A stretch of DNA of 64,000 bases, from positions 80,662,001-80,726,000 of the forward strand of contig OX597824.1 in NCBI GenBank assembly GCA_951406725.2. The letters run 5' to 3'. The notes below the pieces were generated by a model. It was not told where the DNA came from. It searched no databases and saw only the letters and a program-made list of their open reading frames with translations. Both the position numbers and the translations under genes were made by a program. Positions 61,966 through 64,000 of the stretch are shown here, piece by piece (position 1 is the first letter of the stretch; each line of letters opens with the position of its first letter). The DNA comes from Octopus vulgaris. Taxonomy: Eukaryota.

Positions 61966-62108
61966 TATATATATATATCAATCCATTTCTCTCTCTCTCT
62001 CTCTATTTATATATATATATGTGTGTGTATGTATGTATATGTTTGTACATACATATATGTATATATGCGTGTGTGTGTGTGTTGCGTGTCTGTGTTCGTG
62101 TACGTGTG

Positions 62109-62160
<52 letters not shown>

Positions 62161-62468
62161 TCTATATATATATGCGTCTATATATGTATATATGCACGCG
62201 TGTATACGAGCGTACAAGTATGTATGTGTGTATAAGCCATTACCGCTACAAAGTCCCTATATATGTTATCACGCATAACAACTTTCATGCGAATGGTCGA
62301 ATTACTAAATTTTTCTTTCGTCTTCTGCTATTTTATCTTTCTTTTTATCTTTCCTCTCCACTCCAGCTCCCATCTACTATCTTCCCCATTTTTTCCCCCC
62401 TGTTTCTTCGTTTTCCTATTTTTACAGCTTTATACGTAGTTTATTTCTTGTTTTTTTTTCTCTCCTCC

Positions 62469-62519
<51 letters not shown>

Positions 62520-62629
62520 TCCTACTTTTCGCTGCTTTTTATGACTCATGGAATTCAGGGATATTCAGACAGTAGGAAATAAATGATTACTGCTTGTTTA
62601 ACAAGAGCACAACACACACACTCACACAC

Positions 62630-62719
<90 letters not shown>

Positions 62720-62740
62720 AAACACACACGCACGCACACG

Positions 62741-63009
62741 CATGTACAAACGTATACACATGCATATATCCGTGTAGGCAAGTATGTATATATATGTGTG
62801 TGTATGCATATGTGTGTGCATGTGTGTATATATGTAGACATATATATGTGTATGAAAATGTGCCTCTATAACAATATATATGTATGCATAGATAGTGTAT
62901 GCATATACATACACACACACACACACACATATATATATGTTCACAGTCACACACACGCGCATGTACAAAGATATACACATACATATATCCATGTATGCAA
63001 GCATGTATA

Positions 63010-63072
<63 letters not shown>

Positions 63073-63160
63073 ATATATATATGTGTATGGAAATGTATCT
63101 CTATAACACTATATATGTATGCATAGATATATATGTGTATGTATATACACACACACACAT
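62741..63160. repeat. Degenerate tandem duplication of a ~220-240-bp low-complexity unit
   Basis: catgtacaaa..tatacacat.catatatcc.tgt..gcaag and aaatgt..ctctataaca.tatatatgtatgcatagata each occur twice in the same order. Confidence 0.75.
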
Positions 63161-63641
63161 AATCACTGTCACAAGCACACGCAAACACACACACATATAC
63201 TGGCATATTACACTCACGTTTATACGTACGCAAATCCACAACTAACACATACACACATATATACATACATGTAACTGCGTGTGTATGTATATATATATAT
63301 CGCGCAAATTAATCTATATATGTATGCATATACATACACACGCACAGGCATATACGCAGACACAGTACACTCATATTCACATATTTTGAAACAGATGCAC
63401 ACACATAAGTATATACATTTAGATACACACATAGACTCACACACACATACACACGCACATATATAAGCTTAGATACTGATAGCTATACATATAAACACAC
63501 ATATAGTCACAGAACGTAATTACATACTGGCGTCATTTTACATACTTACATATACGTACACATACTCGCATACATATATATATATTTACATACCAATACA
63601 TACACACACACACATATATATATATACACATATATACATAC

Positions 63642-63679
<38 letters not shown>

Positions 63680-63821
63680 TCACACATACACATATATGAA
63701 GACATTCAGGTATTGGTTGGCATACATATAAACATATACATGCATATACTGAAACGCACATATAAACATACACACATACATGCATACATACATACATACA
63801 TACATACATACATTTATACAT

Positions 63822-63866
<45 letters not shown>

Positions 63867-64000
63867 CATATATATGTAAATATATATATATATATATATA
63901 TACACAGACATACATATGTATATATATATATATATATATACACATACACACATATATATATCAGAGATTTAATATTACATTCTCTCTCTTCGATATACAT

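Overview
AT-rich, repeat-saturated animal genomic DNA, almost certainly intronic or intergenic sequence from an octopus (Octopus sp.); this assignment rests on my recall of the SINE families and was not checked against a database. I find no supportable host-gene exon, and nearly all ORFs in the track are translations of microsatellites. Recognisable content: a full-length but pseudogenised mariner (17136-18414); a cluster of 5'-truncated Dong/R4-type non-LTR retroelements inside (TAA)n at 4.3-8.1 kb plus one more at 48.6-49.0 kb; a decayed CR1/L2/jockey-group RT; a DD37D/maT-like remnant; probable Helitron pieces; and about 25 copies of three tRNA-derived SINE families (labelled A, B, C here). 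The most interesting signals are (1) a roughly 560-bp non-coding element with a fixed 5' end found almost only in (TAA)n tracts (labelled D), (2) head-to-tail 185-bp SINE multimers with recurrent junctions, one bounded by a single TSD, (3) minimal hammerhead-ribozyme-like motifs, (4) a 31-bp-stem pre-miRNA-like hairpin, and (5) a 266-bp palindrome and a 15-kb-spaced inverted duplication. Coordinates were counted by hand and may be off by a few bases.
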